From contig CAWIFV010000004.1 in assembly GCA_963835405.1 (NCBI GenBank), forward strand, positions 135,506 through 199,505: 64,000 bases of DNA, given 5' to 3'. This document shows positions 38,161-48,165 of this stretch, piece by piece. The DNA comes from an uncultured Actinomycetota bacterium (GTDB lineage: Bacteria > Actinomycetota > Actinomycetes > JAFAQI01). The position numbers and the translations under genes were made by a program. The notes below the pieces were generated by a model. The model ran no database searches and was not told the origin of the DNA. It worked only from the letters and a program-made list of their open reading frames with translations. Numbering within the stretch: the stretch's first letter is position 1; each line of letters starts with the position of its first letter.

Positions 38161-39358
38161 TCAGCCGGCGGCGAGGGCGCGGATCGCGAACTCGGCGTAG
38201 AGCGCCACACCGTCGGCGAGGACGCTGTCGTCGAACACCGCCTCCGGCGAGTGGTTGAACGGCGCGGTCGCGGGGTCGCGGTCGGACGCGGTCGCGCCCA
38301 GGAACACCATCGCGCCCGGCACCTGCGTCGAGCACGCGGGAGAAGTCCTCCGACCCGCTGACGGGGTTGGGCAGCACGAGGAAGCGCTCCGCGCCGTGCA
38401 CCTCGGCGACGGTGGACTGCACCGCCAGCACCTCGGCGGCGGAGTTGACGGTCACCGGGTAGAGCTCGCTCGGCCACGGCGTCGACGTCGAGCCCGTGCG
38501 CGGCGGCAATGCCCTCGCAGACGCGCACGGACTCGGCGAGGACCTGCTCGTGCGCGGCGGGGGAGAACGACCGCACGGTCGCCTCGAACGTCGCCTCGTC
38601 GGGGATGACGTTGTGCGCCGTCCCCGCGTGGAAGGCGCCGATCGTGATGACGACCGGGTCGAAGACGTCGAACCGGCGGGTGACGAACGTCTGCAGGGCG
38701 GTGACCATCTCGCATGCGGCCGGGATCGGGTCCTTCGCCCGGTGCGGGGAGGAGCCGTGGCCACCCGAGCCGCGCACGGTGACGCGGAGGACGTCGGCGG
38801 CCGACATGACCGGCCCCGGGCGGGTGGCGAACAGGCCGGCGGGCAGCATCCCGGACGTCACGTGGAGCGCAAGGGCCGCATCGACCCGCCGGCCGGCGGC
38901 GTCGAGCACGCCCTCCTCGACCATGTGCCGGGCGCCGTCGTAGCCCTCCTCACCGGGCTGGAACATGAAGACCACGTCGCCGGGCAGTGCCTCGCGCCGG
39001 GGCGCGAGGACCCGCGCGGCGCCGACGAGCATCGCCGTGTGCAGGTCGTGGCCGCACGCGTGCATCCGGTCGCGCGCCGGCGGCGAAGTCGAGTGCCGGT
39101 CCGCTCCGACACCGGCAGCGCGTCCATGTCGCCGCGCAGCAGCACCGAGCGGGCACCGTCGCCGCCGCCGCGCAGGACCGCGGTGACGGACGTGAGCGAG
39201 CAGCCGGTCTCGATCTCGAGGGGCAGCCCGTCGAGCGCGGTCAGGACCCGCTCCTGGGTGCGGGGCAGCCGCAGCCCGAGCTCGGGCTCGCGGTGCAGTG
39301 CCCGCCGGAGCTGCACCAGGTCGTCCTGCAGGTCACGCGCGTCCTCGAGCACCGTCAT
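38161..39358 (-). pseudogene. M20-family amidohydrolase (N-acyl-amino-acid amidohydrolase type), about 3 frame shifts
   Basis: MTVLEDARDLQDDLVQLRRALHREPELG, LRGDMDALPV, MHACGHDLHTAML, FMFQPGEEG, GGHGSSPH, GAFHAGTAHNVIPDEA, PVSGSEDFS and VPGAMVFLGA...NHSPEAVFDD lie in three frames. TGA is the complement of 38161-38163. Confidence 0.8.
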
Positions 39359-39393
39359 GCCGGGATTCTTGCACCGCGCGGCAGGATGGCCGG

Positions 39394-40419
39394 GTGCGTT
39401 ACGTCGTCCTCGGTGCGGGAGCCATCGGCGGCACCGTCGGTGCACGCCTCGCCGACGCCGGGCGCGACGTCGTCCTCGTCGCCCGCGGCGAGCACGCCGC
39501 CGCGATGCGTGCCGACGGGCTGCGGGTCGCCACACCGGAGCGCGTCATCACCGCCCGCTGTCCCGTCGTCGACGACCCGGCGCAGCTGGACCTGGGCCCG
39601 GACGATGTGCTGCTGCTGGCCACGAAGTCGGGCGCGAGCGCGGACCTGCTCGACCGGGTCGCCGCTGTCGACGGTGGGGCGGGGCTGCCCGTGTTCTGTC
39701 TGCAGAACGGGGTCGTGAACGAGCGGATCGCCTTGCGCCGGTTCGCCCGGGTCTACGGCGTCGTCGTCATGATGCCGGCCGTCCTGCTGGAGCCGGGCCG
39801 CATCGACGCGCAGGGGGCGCCGTACAGCGGGCTGCTCGACCTCGGCCGGGTCCCGGGCGGGACCGACGGCACCGCGGCGGCGGTCGCCGCCGACCTGCGC
39901 GCGGCGGGGTTCGTCTCCCGGGCCGTGCCCGACGTCATGCGGTGGAAGTACGCGAAGCTGCTCCGCAACGTCGGCAACGCGGTCGAGGCGCTGTGCGGTC
40001 ACGAGCTGCGACCGCGACCAGCTGGACCTTGTCCTGGACCTCTCCGACCGGCTGCGGGCCGAGGCGGAGCGCGTCCTGGCCGCCGCCGGTGTCGAGTGGA
40101 CCGGCGACGAGGAGTGGCGGAGCCGCCGCGGCGCGCAGGTGGAGCACGCCGAGGTGGAGGGCCGACCGCGGGCGGGCGGGTCGACCTGGCAGAGCCTGGC
40201 CCGCCGGCGTCGACGGTGGAGGCCGACTACCTCAACGGGGAGATCGTCCTGCTGGCGCGCCTCGCGGGGACGGCGGCGCCGCTGAACGACGCCGTACGAC
40301 GGCTCGTGAACCGCGCCGCCGCTGCGGGAGCGGGACCGGGGTCGATCGCACCGGCCGAGCTGGCTGCCGAGCTGGCCGGCGCGCTCGGAGCGGCGGAAAG
40401 CGTCCGGGCGCGGTCGTAA
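39394..40419 (+). pseudogene. ketopantoate reductase (ApbA/PanE) family oxidoreductase, compensated out-of-frame segment about 40010-40205
   Basis: GTG 39394. VVLGAGAIGGTVGARLADAG, MRWKYAKLLRNVGNAVEAL, EADYLNGEIVLLARL. The middle reads as DLVLDLSDRLRAEAERVLAAAGVEWTGDEEW... only in another frame. Confidence 0.7.
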
Positions 40420-40428
40420 CCTGGCCGG

Positions 40429-41106
40429 GTGCAGGCCGCGATCGACTGGCAGCCGTCGCTGTTCGACGGCGGTCCGGTCGCGCTCGACGTCGGCTTCGGG
40501 GCCATGCGCCGGATCGTGCTCGACGAGCGGTCGTGGGTCGACTACTGCCCGGGATGGCTCAGCGGCTCGGACGTGGTCTTCGACGATCTCGCCGGCGAGG
40601 CGCGCTGGCAGCAGCGCACCGTGCACATGTACGACCGGCTCGTCCCCGAGCCGCGGCTCACCGCCGGATGGTCGACCGACGCGGAGGACGACGAGGTGCC
40701 GGTCGCCCTCCGCGAGATGGCCGTGGCGCTCTCGGCCCGCTATGTGGTCGGCTTCGACCGGATCTGGGTCAACCTCTACCGCGACGGTGCGGACAGCGTC
40801 GCCTGGCACGGCGACCGCAACCGGCTGGTGATGAGCCGTCCACTCGTCGCGACGGTCAGCCTCGGCGCACGACGCCGGTTCCTGCTCCGGCCGCGCGGCA
40901 GCGGCCGGGCGCTGCACCGGCTGGAGCCCGGTCACGGCGACCTGGTTGTGATGGGGGGCGAGTGCCAGGCGGAGTGGGAGCACACCGTGCCCAAGACCAA
41001 GCAGCGGGTGGCGGCGCGGATGTCGGTGACGATCCGGCACTCCCGGCCTGCTCCGGGTGAGCGCTGGCTCCGCGAGCCGCTCTCCCCACCGGCTCGCGGG
41101 GCGTGA
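40429..41106 (+). CDS. AlkB-like Fe(II)/2-oxoglutarate dioxygenase
   Basis: NLYRDGADSVAWHGDRN...GDLVVMGGECQAEWEHTVPK...RMSVTIRH. Intact 225 aa. Confidence 0.75.
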   Translation: MQAAIDWQPSLFDGGPVALDVGFGAMRRIVLDERSWVDYCPGWLSGSDVVFDDLAGEARWQQRTVHMYDRLVPEPRLTAGWSTDAEDDEVPVALREMAVALSARYVVGFDRIWVNLYRDGADSVAWHGDRNRLVMSRPLVATVSLGARRRFLLRPRGSGRALHRLEPGHGDLVVMGGECQAEWEHTVPKTKQRVAARMSVTIRHSRPAPGERWLREPLSPPARGA

Positions 41107-41193
41107 TCTTCGCCGCTGTGACCAGTTTTCGGCGCGACACGCCGTCCAGGTGGTCACGACGGCGAAGATCTGTGCGTCGGTAGCCTGCGCGGC

Positions 41194-41925
41194 GTGAGCG
41201 AGAACATGCAGGAGCCGGCGGACGACGACGCCGGGAAGAGCTACCGGCAGTACCGGTTCCGGCTCCCCGAAGGGGCCACCGACCTGCTGATCGTCCGGCA
41301 CGGCGAGTCCGCTCCCGCCCGCCTCGACGAGCCGGCGCCGCTGCGGGACGGCCACAGCGACCCGGAGCTGGCACCGGAGGGTCGGGCGCAGGCTGAGAAG
41401 CTGGCCGACCGGCTCGTGCACGAGCGGCTCGACGCCATCTACGTCACGACCCTGCGCCGCACCGTCGAGACGGCGGCGCCGCTGGCGTCTCGCTTGGGCA
41501 TCGAGCCGCGCGTCGAGCCCGAACTGCGCGAGATCTACCTCGGCGAGTGGGAGGGCATCGCCTTCCGCAAGCACGTGCGCGAGCAGCATCCGACCGCGGT
41601 CCAGATGTTCATCGAGAAGCGGTGGGACGTCATTCCCGGCGCCGAGAGCAACCAGGCGTTCGCGACGCGGGTGCGGGCGGGGCTGGAGCGGATCGTCGCC
41701 GCGCACCCCGGCGAGCGGGTCGTCGTCGTCGTACACGGCGGTGTGATCGGGCAGGCGTTGGCCCTGGCGACGGGGGCGTCCCCGTTCGACTTCCTGGGTG
41801 CGGACAACGCCTCGATCTCCCAGCTCGTCGCCATGCCGGAGCCGATCCCGTGGGTGGTCCGCCGCTACAACGACACCGCGCACCTCGACTCGAGGTTCAC
41901 CCTGGTGCCGACCCCGTTGACCTGA
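41194..41925 (+). CDS. histidine phosphatase family protein
   Basis: RHG motif LLIVRHGES, later VVVVVHGGVI. Intact 243 aa. Confidence 0.8.
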   Translation: MSENMQEPADDDAGKSYRQYRFRLPEGATDLLIVRHGESAPARLDEPAPLRDGHSDPELAPEGRAQAEKLADRLVHERLDAIYVTTLRRTVETAAPLASRLGIEPRVEPELREIYLGEWEGIAFRKHVREQHPTAVQMFIEKRWDVIPGAESNQAFATRVRAGLERIVAAHPGERVVVVVHGGVIGQALALATGASPFDFLGADNASISQLVAMPEPIPWVVRRYNDTAHLDSRFTLVPTPLT

Positions 41926-41947
41926 CGGCGCGATAGCGTGCGCCACC

Positions 41948-42652
41948 GTGGCGGACATCACCTATCCCGTCGCGGGTGGCACCATGCGGGGCTACCTCGC
42001 GGAGCCGACCGGGCCGGGCCCATGGCCGGGTGTCGTCGTCGTCCACGAGCTGTTCGGACTCACCGATGACATCCGCCGCCAGGCGGACCGGTTCGCGGCC
42101 GAGGGCTATCTCGCGTTCGCGCCCGACCTCTACGACTGGGGCGCCACCGCGCGGTGCCTGGTCGCGACGCTGCGCACCCTTGCCAGCGGGCGCGGTCGGG
42201 CGCTCGACGACATCCAGGCCGCCCGGGCCTTCCTGGTCGAGCGCGACGACTGCACGGGCCGGGTCGGGGTCATCGGCTTCTGCCTGGGTGGCGGCCTGGC
42301 GATCCTCGTCGCGCCCGAAGGCTTCGCCGCCGCCGCGCCCAACTACGGCCAGCTGCCCAAGAACCTCGATGACCGGATCCGGCAGTCCTGCCCGATGGTG
42401 GCGTCGTACGGCGGGAAGGACCGGCCACTGCGTGGCGCCGCGGCGAAGCTCGACGCGGCGCTGTCGCGGGCCGGTGTCACCCACGACGTCAAGGAGTACC
42501 CGGGCGTCAAGCACGGCTTCCTGTTCAAGCACAGCGGCAAGACAGCTGTCACGGAGCCGTGGCTGGTGCAGTTCGACGAAGCGGCTGCCGACGATGCCTG
42601 GCGCCGCATCTTCACGTTCTTCGATGAGCACGTCGGAGGTGCCTCCGCATGA
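41948..42652 (+). CDS. dienelactone hydrolase family protein
   Basis: GVVVVHELFGLTDDIRRQADRFAAEGYLAFAPDLY, GVIGFCLGG. Intact 234 aa. Confidence 0.8.
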   Translation: MADITYPVAGGTMRGYLAEPTGPGPWPGVVVVHELFGLTDDIRRQADRFAAEGYLAFAPDLYDWGATARCLVATLRTLASGRGRALDDIQAARAFLVERDDCTGRVGVIGFCLGGGLAILVAPEGFAAAAPNYGQLPKNLDDRIRQSCPMVASYGGKDRPLRGAAAKLDAALSRAGVTHDVKEYPGVKHGFLFKHSGKTAVTEPWLVQFDEAAADDAWRRIFTFFDEHVGGASA

Positions 42653-43110
42653 GTGACGTCAGTGTCTCCACCGCCGTCGCGGCGAAGCCGGAAGCGGTCT
42701 GGCGGCTCGTCAGCGACGTGACACGGATGGGGGAGTGGAGCCCGGAGACGAGGTCCTGCCGCTGGCTGGGCGGCGCGGATGGTCCGGCGGCGGGTGCGCG
42801 GTTCCGCGGCAGCAACCGGCACGGCATCCTCCGCTGGTCGACGACCTGCACCGTGACCGCGGCCGCGGAGGGCGAGCGCTTCACCTTCGACGTCACCTAT
42901 GGTCCGGTGCCCATCTCGACGTGGGACTACGTCTTCGCGGCCACCGCGGACGGGACCGAGGTGACCGAGTCGTGGACCGATCGCCGCCCGGCCTGGATGA
43001 AGATCGGGGGCGCGGTGGCCATGGCCATCGCCGATCGTGGGGCGCACAACCGCCGGACGATGGAGGCGACGCTCGCCGCGCTCAAAGCGGCCGCGGAGAA
43101 GTCCGGCTGA
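42649..43110 (+). CDS. SRPBCC (polyketide cyclase/START-like) family protein
   Basis: ATGA overlap with the upstream stop. KPEAVWRLVSDVTRMGEWSPE.... Intact 153 aa. Confidence 0.7.
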   Translation: MSDVSVSTAVAAKPEAVWRLVSDVTRMGEWSPETRSCRWLGGADGPAAGARFRGSNRHGILRWSTTCTVTAAAEGERFTFDVTYGPVPISTWDYVFAATADGTEVTESWTDRRPAWMKIGGAVAMAIADRGAHNRRTMEATLAALKAAAEKSG

Positions 43111-43186
43111 GCAGGCGGCGGGGCAAGTGTTGCTGATCTGACGCGCCCGGACGCGTCCAACCGACAACACTTGGGCGCTCCGCCGG

Positions 43187-44008
43187 TCAGAGCGTCAGGT
43201 CGACGACCACCGGCGCGTGGTCGCTGGGGCCCTTGCCCTTGCGCGCCTCCCGGTCGACGTAGGCGTCGGTGACCGCGGCCGCGACCGCCTTGCTGGCCAG
43301 CACGAGGTCGATCCGCATGCCCATGCCTTTGTGGAACATCCCGGCGCGGTAGTCCCAGTAGGTGAACGGGTGGTCGCCCTTGAGCGCGCGGGCGTCGAGG
43401 TCGCTGAGCCCGAGGTCGAGCAGGGCGCGGTACGCCGCCCGCTCGGCGTCCGTGACGTGCGTGGAGCCGACGAACGCGGACGGGTCCCATACGTCGGCGT
43501 CGGTCGGCGCGATGTTGAAGTCGCCCGTCACGACGAAGCGCTCGTGCTCGGTCACCTCCGCCTTCAGCGCGGTCTGCAGGGCGGCGAGCCATTCCAGCTT
43601 GTAGGCGTAGTGCGGGCTGTCCAGCGACCGGCCGTTGGGGACGTAGAGCGACCAGATCCGTAGCCCGCCGCAGGTGGCGCCGACCGCCCTCGCCTCGACC
43701 GCGGGCGGCTTGCCCAGGAGCGCGGGGTCGTCCTCGTCGGGAGGTGGTGCGTAGGGCGGCTGGCCGGGAAAGCCGAGCGACACCTCGTCGAGCCCGACCC
43801 GGGAGAGGATCGCGACGCCGTTCCAGCGCCCCTCGCCGTTGACGGCGACCTCGTAGCCCAGCGCCTCGGCCCCCTCGCCGGGAAAGGCGTCCGTGGCGCA
43901 CTTGGTCTCCTGCAGGCACAGCACGTCGGGCTGGGCGAGCTCGAGCCACTCGTTGAGCCGCGGCAGCCGGGCGCCGACCGAGTTGACGTTCCACGTGGCG
44001 ATGCGCAC
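43187..44008 (-). CDS. xthA: exodeoxyribonuclease III
   Basis: MRIATWNVNS...VLCLQETK...TGDFNIAP...WDYR......SDHAPVVVDL. Intact 273 aa. Confidence 0.9.
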   Translation of the reverse strand: MRIATWNVNSVGARLPRLNEWLELAQPDVLCLQETKCATDAFPGEGAEALGYEVAVNGEGRWNGVAILSRVGLDEVSLGFPGQPPYAPPPDEDDPALLGKPPAVEARAVGATCGGLRIWSLYVPNGRSLDSPHYAYKLEWLAALQTALKAEVTEHERFVVTGDFNIAPTDADVWDPSAFVGSTHVTDAERAAYRALLDLGLSDLDARALKGDHPFTYWDYRAGMFHKGMGMRIDLVLASKAVAAAVTDAYVDREARKGKGPSDHAPVVVDLTL

Positions 44009-44186
44009 CGGGCCAGCCTACGAGCGTGGTGCCCGGGCAGTTGGTCCCACGTCCCCGTTCCGCACACATTCGTGACGCGAGGGCACAGCTGGGGCGGGGT
44101 GCGCGGCACGGGAGTGCGCTGACGCCACGAATGTGTGCGGAAGGGGGAGGCGCGGGGCGTCTGACAGCCGCGTAGTCTGGACTGTC

Positions 44187-46076
44187 GTGCCCACCCGCAG
44201 CGACCGTCGCGCAACGCGCGCAGACCATCTCAGGAACGTGGCGATCATCGCCCACGTCGACCACGGCAAGACGACCCTGGTCGACGCGATGCTCTGGCAG
44301 TCCGGCGCCTTCACCCAGCACCAGGCCGACGAAGGCAGCGTCCGGGACCGGGTGATGGACTCCATGGACCTCGAACGCGAGAAGGGCATCACCATCCTCG
44401 CGAAGAACACCGCGGTCCGCTACGGCGCCACGACCATCAACATCATCGACACCCCCGGCCACGCCGACTTCGGCGGTGAGGTGGAGCGCGGCCTGGAGAT
44501 GGTCGACGGTGTCCTGCTGCTGGTCGACGCGAGCGAGGGGCCGCTGCCGCAGACCCGCTTCGTGCTCCGCAAGGCGCTGCAGAAGCGGCTGCCGGTGATC
44601 CTCGTCGTCAACAAGGTCGACCGCGCCGACGCCCGCATCGCCGAGGTCGTCGACGAGACCTATGAGCTGTTCCTCGATCTCGACGCCGACGAGCACCAGA
44701 TCGAGTTCCCCATCGTCTACGCCTCGGCCAAGGCCGGTCGCGCCTCACTGGAGCGGCCCAAGGACGGCGGCATGCCGGACGACACCGACCTGCGCCCGCT
44801 GTTCGAAACCCTGCTCGCCACCGTGCCGGCGCCGTCGTACGACGAGGGCGCGCCGCTGCAGGCTCATGTGACCAACCTCGACGCCAGCCCCTACCTCGGC
44901 CGGCTCGCCCTCTGCCGAGTCCACAACGGCACCATGCGCAAGGGCCAGCAGGTCGCGTGGTGCCGCACCGACGGCAGCATCGAGCGGGTCAAGCTCACCG
45001 AGCTGCTCGGCACCGACGCGCTCGAGCGGGTGCCCATCGACGCAGCCGGCCCCGGCGACATCGTTGCCATCGCCGGCATCCCCGACATCACGATCGGCGA
45101 GACGATCGCCGACCCCGACGATCCGCGGCCGCTGCCGGTCATCACCGTCGACGAGCCGAGTCTGTCGATGACGATCGGCATCAACACCGCGCCGCTCGCC
45201 GGACTGGGCACTGACAAGGGGGGTGGCAGCAAGCTCACCGCGCGGCTGGTGAAGTCGCGCCTCGATGCCGAGCTCATCGGCAACGTGTCGATCCGGCTGC
45301 TCCCGACCGAGCGGCCGGACACCTGGGAGGTGCAGGGCCGCGGCGAGCTGCAGCTCGCGATCCTCGTCGAGATCATGCGCCGCGAAGGGTTCGAGCTCAC
45401 CGTCGGCAAGCCGCAGGTCGTCACCCGCATGGTCGACGGCAAGCTGCACGAGCCGATGGAGCGTCTGACCGTCGACATCCCCGAGGACTACCTCGGCGTC
45501 GTCACCCAGCTGATGGCGCTGCGCAAGGGCCGGATGGAGCAGATGGTCAACCACGGCACCGGCTGGATCCGGCTCGAGTACCTCGTGCCCGCCCGTGGCC
45601 TGATCGGCTTCCGCACCGAGTTCCTCACGGAGAGCCGCGGCACCGGGCTGCTGCACCACGTCTTCGACCGTTACGAGCCGTGGCACGGCGATCTCCGCAC
45701 GCGGCCCACGGGGTCGCTCGTCGCCGACCGGCGGGGCAGCACCACGTCGTTCGCGTTGTTCAACCTCCAGGAGCGCGGGACGATGTTCATCGGCCCCGGC
45801 ACCGAGGTCTACGAGGGCATGATCGTGGGGGAGAACTCCCGCGCCGACGACATGGACGTCAACCCCACCAAGGAGAAGAAGCTCACCAACATGCGGTCTT
45901 CCACGGGTGACGAGCTGGTGCGGCTGATCCCGCACCGGCAGCTGTCGCTGGAGCAGGCGCTGGAGTTCTGCCGCGAGGACGAGTGCGTCGAGGTGACCCC
46001 CGGGACTGTGCGGTTGCGCAAGGTCGTGCTCGACGCCCAGGAACGCTACCGGTCGGCCAAGCGCGCGGCACGGTAG
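44187..46076 (+). CDS. typA: translational GTPase TypA/BipA
   Basis: GTG 44187. [48 protein letters not shown]-like C-terminal domains. Intact. Confidence 0.95.
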   Translation: MPTRSDRRATRADHLRNVAIIAHVDHGKTTLVDAMLWQSGAFTQHQADEGSVRDRVMDSMDLEREKGITILAKNTAVRYGATTINIIDTPGHADFGGEVERGLEMVDGVLLLVDASEGPLPQTRFVLRKALQKRLPVILVVNKVDRADARIAEVVDETYELFLDLDADEHQIEFPIVYASAKAGRASLERPKDGGMPDDTDLRPLFETLLATVPAPSYDEGAPLQAHVTNLDASPYLGRLALCRVHNGTMRKGQQVAWCRTDGSIERVKLTELLGTDALERVPIDAAGPGDIVAIAGIPDITIGETIADPDDPRPLPVITVDEPSLSMTIGINTAPLAGLGTDKGGGSKLTARLVKSRLDAELIGNVSIRLLPTERPDTWEVQGRGELQLAILVEIMRREGFELTVGKPQVVTRMVDGKLHEPMERLTVDIPEDYLGVVTQLMALRKGRMEQMVNHGTGWIRLEYLVPARGLIGFRTEFLTESRGTGLLHHVFDRYEPWHGDLRTRPTGSLVADRRGSTTSFALFNLQERGTMFIGPGTEVYEGMIVGENSRADDMDVNPTKEKKLTNMRSSTGDELVRLIPHRQLSLEQALEFCREDECVEVTPGTVRLRKVVLDAQERYRSAKRAAR

Positions 46077-46080
46077 TCAC

Positions 46081-47289
46081 ATGACGGCCGACGACCGGTA
46101 CGACGTCGTGGTGGTCGGCGCCGGGATCGTCGGGCTGGCGGTGGCCCTGGAGCTGCAGCGGCGGCGACCGGGCACGCGTGTCGCCGTGGTCGAGAAGGAG
46201 GACGCCCCCGGTCGGCACCAGTCGGGCCACAACTCCGGTGTCGTGCACGCCGGCCTCTACTACCCGCCCGGTTCGCTCAAGGCGCGGCTCTGCCGCGACG
46301 GCCGGCGCGCGCTCGAGGACTACGCCGCGGTGCACGGCATCCCGCTGCGGCGATGCGGCAAGCTCGTCGTCGCCCTCGACGACACGGAGATCCCTCGGCT
46401 GCTGGCCCTGGCCGAGCGGGCGCGCGCCAACGGGCTCACCGATGTGGTGGAGCTCGCGCCCGGCGAGTGGACCGACATCGAGCCGAACATCGTCGGTCGC
46501 CGCGCCCTCTGGGTCCCGCAGACCGGCGTCGTCGACTTCGCCGCGGTGACGAGGGCCTTGGCCGACGATGTCACGTCGGCCGGCGGCCGGCTGCTCACCG
46601 GATGGGAGGTGACCGCCGCCGAACGGCGTCCCGGCGGCTGGGCGCTGCGGTCCCCAGCCGGCGAGCTGCACGCGTCGTACCTCGTCGGCTGCGCCGGCCT
46701 GCACTCCGACCGCCTCGCGCGCGCCACCGGCGTCGAACCACCGGTGCGGATCGTGCCGTTCCGGGGTGACTACTACACGCTGCGGCCGGACGCGGCGCAT
46801 CTGGTCCGGGGGCTCGTCTACCCGGTGCCCGATCCGGCCCTGCCGTTCCTGGGCGTGCACTTCACCCGGCGTGTCGACGGCACCGTCTGGGCCGGCCCCA
46901 ACGCGGTCCCGGCGGGGTCACGGGAGGGCTACCGCCGGCGGGACGTCCGGCGGCGCGACATGGCCGAGCTGGTCCGGTACGCCGGCACCCGGCGGCTGGC
47001 GCGTCGCTTGTGGCGCTACGGCGCGGCCGAGCTGTGGCGGGACACCGTGAAACCCGCGTTCGTGGCGTCGCTGCGGCGCTACCTGCCGGCGCTGCGGTCC
47101 CGGGACCTCACCTTCGGGCCGTCCGGCGTGCGCGCGCAGGCGGTGGACGCGTCCGGGTCGCTCGTCGACGACTTCCGGCTGCTGCCGGGCGCGGACGCCC
47201 TCCACGTCGTCAACGCGCCCTCACCGGCGGCGACGTCGGCGCTGGCCATCGCCGCGCACGTGGTCGACCTGATCGAGGCCCGCCGCTGA
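46081..47289 (+). CDS. lhgO: L-2-hydroxyglutarate oxidase (FAD-dependent)
   Basis: YDVVVVGAGIVGLAVALEL, HQSGHNSGVVHAGLYYPPGSLKARLC, ALHVVNAPSPAATS. Intact 402 aa. Confidence 0.8.
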   Translation: MTADDRYDVVVVGAGIVGLAVALELQRRRPGTRVAVVEKEDAPGRHQSGHNSGVVHAGLYYPPGSLKARLCRDGRRALEDYAAVHGIPLRRCGKLVVALDDTEIPRLLALAERARANGLTDVVELAPGEWTDIEPNIVGRRALWVPQTGVVDFAAVTRALADDVTSAGGRLLTGWEVTAAERRPGGWALRSPAGELHASYLVGCAGLHSDRLARATGVEPPVRIVPFRGDYYTLRPDAAHLVRGLVYPVPDPALPFLGVHFTRRVDGTVWAGPNAVPAGSREGYRRRDVRRRDMAELVRYAGTRRLARRLWRYGAAELWRDTVKPAFVASLRRYLPALRSRDLTFGPSGVRAQAVDASGSLVDDFRLLPGADALHVVNAPSPAATSALAIAAHVVDLIEARR

Positions 47290-47404
47290 CCGGCCCAGAC
47301 CCGACCGGCCCAGACCCGACCGGCCCAGACCCGACCGGCCCAGACCCGACCGGCCCAGACCCGACCGGCCCAGACCCGACCGGCCCAGACCCGACCGGCC
47401 CAGA
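47290..47404. repeat. perfect 15-bp tandem repeat, 7.7 copies, starting at the lhgO stop codon
   Basis: CCGGCCCAGACCCGA repeated without any mismatch from 47290. It can be phased as GACCGGCCCAGACCC starting inside TGA 47287-47289. Confidence 0.97.
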
Positions 47405-47603
47405 GCGCCCCGGAGCCGACCAGAGCCGAGCGGCCCAGCCGCTCGTGAGCCGGTCGGCGGCTGCGAAATAACGGGTGCGTGCGCTACGTTGTGACGTGCG
47501 GCGCCGCAAGGAGCCGTCCGGCTCGATCCATGGCCCCCGGTCCCAACCTTTGTCGCTTAGAGCGAACCAGTGCCGAGAGGCAGACCTGGCGAGTCGGTCA
47601 CGG

Positions 47604-47631
47604 AAGGCCCCCGGAGCAATCCGGGGGCCTT
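47604..47631. terminator. strong hairpin (11-bp perfect stem), candidate intrinsic terminator
   Basis: AAGGCCCCCGG-agcaat-CCGGGGGCCTT followed by TCTCCCGTT. Confidence 0.55.
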
Positions 47632-47637
47632 TCTCCC

Positions 47638-47698
47638 GTTGATCATGAGTGGTCGGACAGGACACGCGGCGTGTCGGGTCCGACCGCTCATGATCAAC
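47638..47698. terminator. 61-bp nested inverted repeat 12 nt downstream of the minus-strand gene stop
   Basis: GTTGATCATGAGTGGTCGGAC ... GTCCGACCGCTCATGATCAAC (20 of 21 pair). The 19-nt spacer contains the palindrome ACACGC-G-GCGTGT. Confidence 0.5.
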
Positions 47699-47709
47699 AG
47701 GAAGAGGGG

Positions 47710-48069
47710 TCAGGCGTCGGGACGGGCGGTGCGGTGCCCGCGGCGGCGCTCCAGCCGGCCGAAGAAGGCCGGGTCGTCGAGGTCGACGTCCTCCAGCGCG
47801 CTCCGCAGCAGCTGCAGGGCGTTGCGCGTCAGCGCGTCGGCGTCCTCGGGTTCGATGCCGAGCTCCTCGGCGACGCCCTCGTGTCCCTCGTCGAGACCGA
47901 ACGCCACCACGGCGGCCGAGCGCTCGGCCGCGGGCAGCACCGCCAGCGCCTCGTAGAGGCGGGCGACGAGCTCCTCGTCACTGACGCCCTCGCTCGCCCG
48001 CACGTTGTCCGCGATCGTGCCGGGCGAGATCGGTCGCAGGCGCGGCGGTCGGTGTCGGCCCGGGCTCAT
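47710..48069 (-). CDS. small protein with a sigma-70 region-4-like HTH only
   Basis: LYEALAVLPAAERSAAVVAFGLDEGHEGVAEELGIEPEDADALTRNALQLLRSAL. Start ATG 48069 (alternative 48120). Confidence 0.55.
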   Translation of the reverse strand: MSPGRHRPPRLRPISPGTIADNVRASEGVSDEELVARLYEALAVLPAAERSAAVVAFGLDEGHEGVAEELGIEPEDADALTRNALQLLRSALEDVDLDDPAFFGRLERRRGHRTARPDA

Positions 48070-48165
48070 CGCGGCCAGGCTAGCCCGGTCTGCGACTGCC
48101 CGCGGGCGTGGTCGGGACAAGTGTTGTCGGTCGGTGACGTCGGGGCGCCGTGAAGCGTCATCACT

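Noticed and set aside
47010-47471. 153-aa ORF reading the 15-bp repeat as (PTGPD)n
   Set aside because: It overlaps the well-supported lhgO 3' end out of frame, and its non-repeat parts are low-complexity. The repeat is better described as intergenic DNA.
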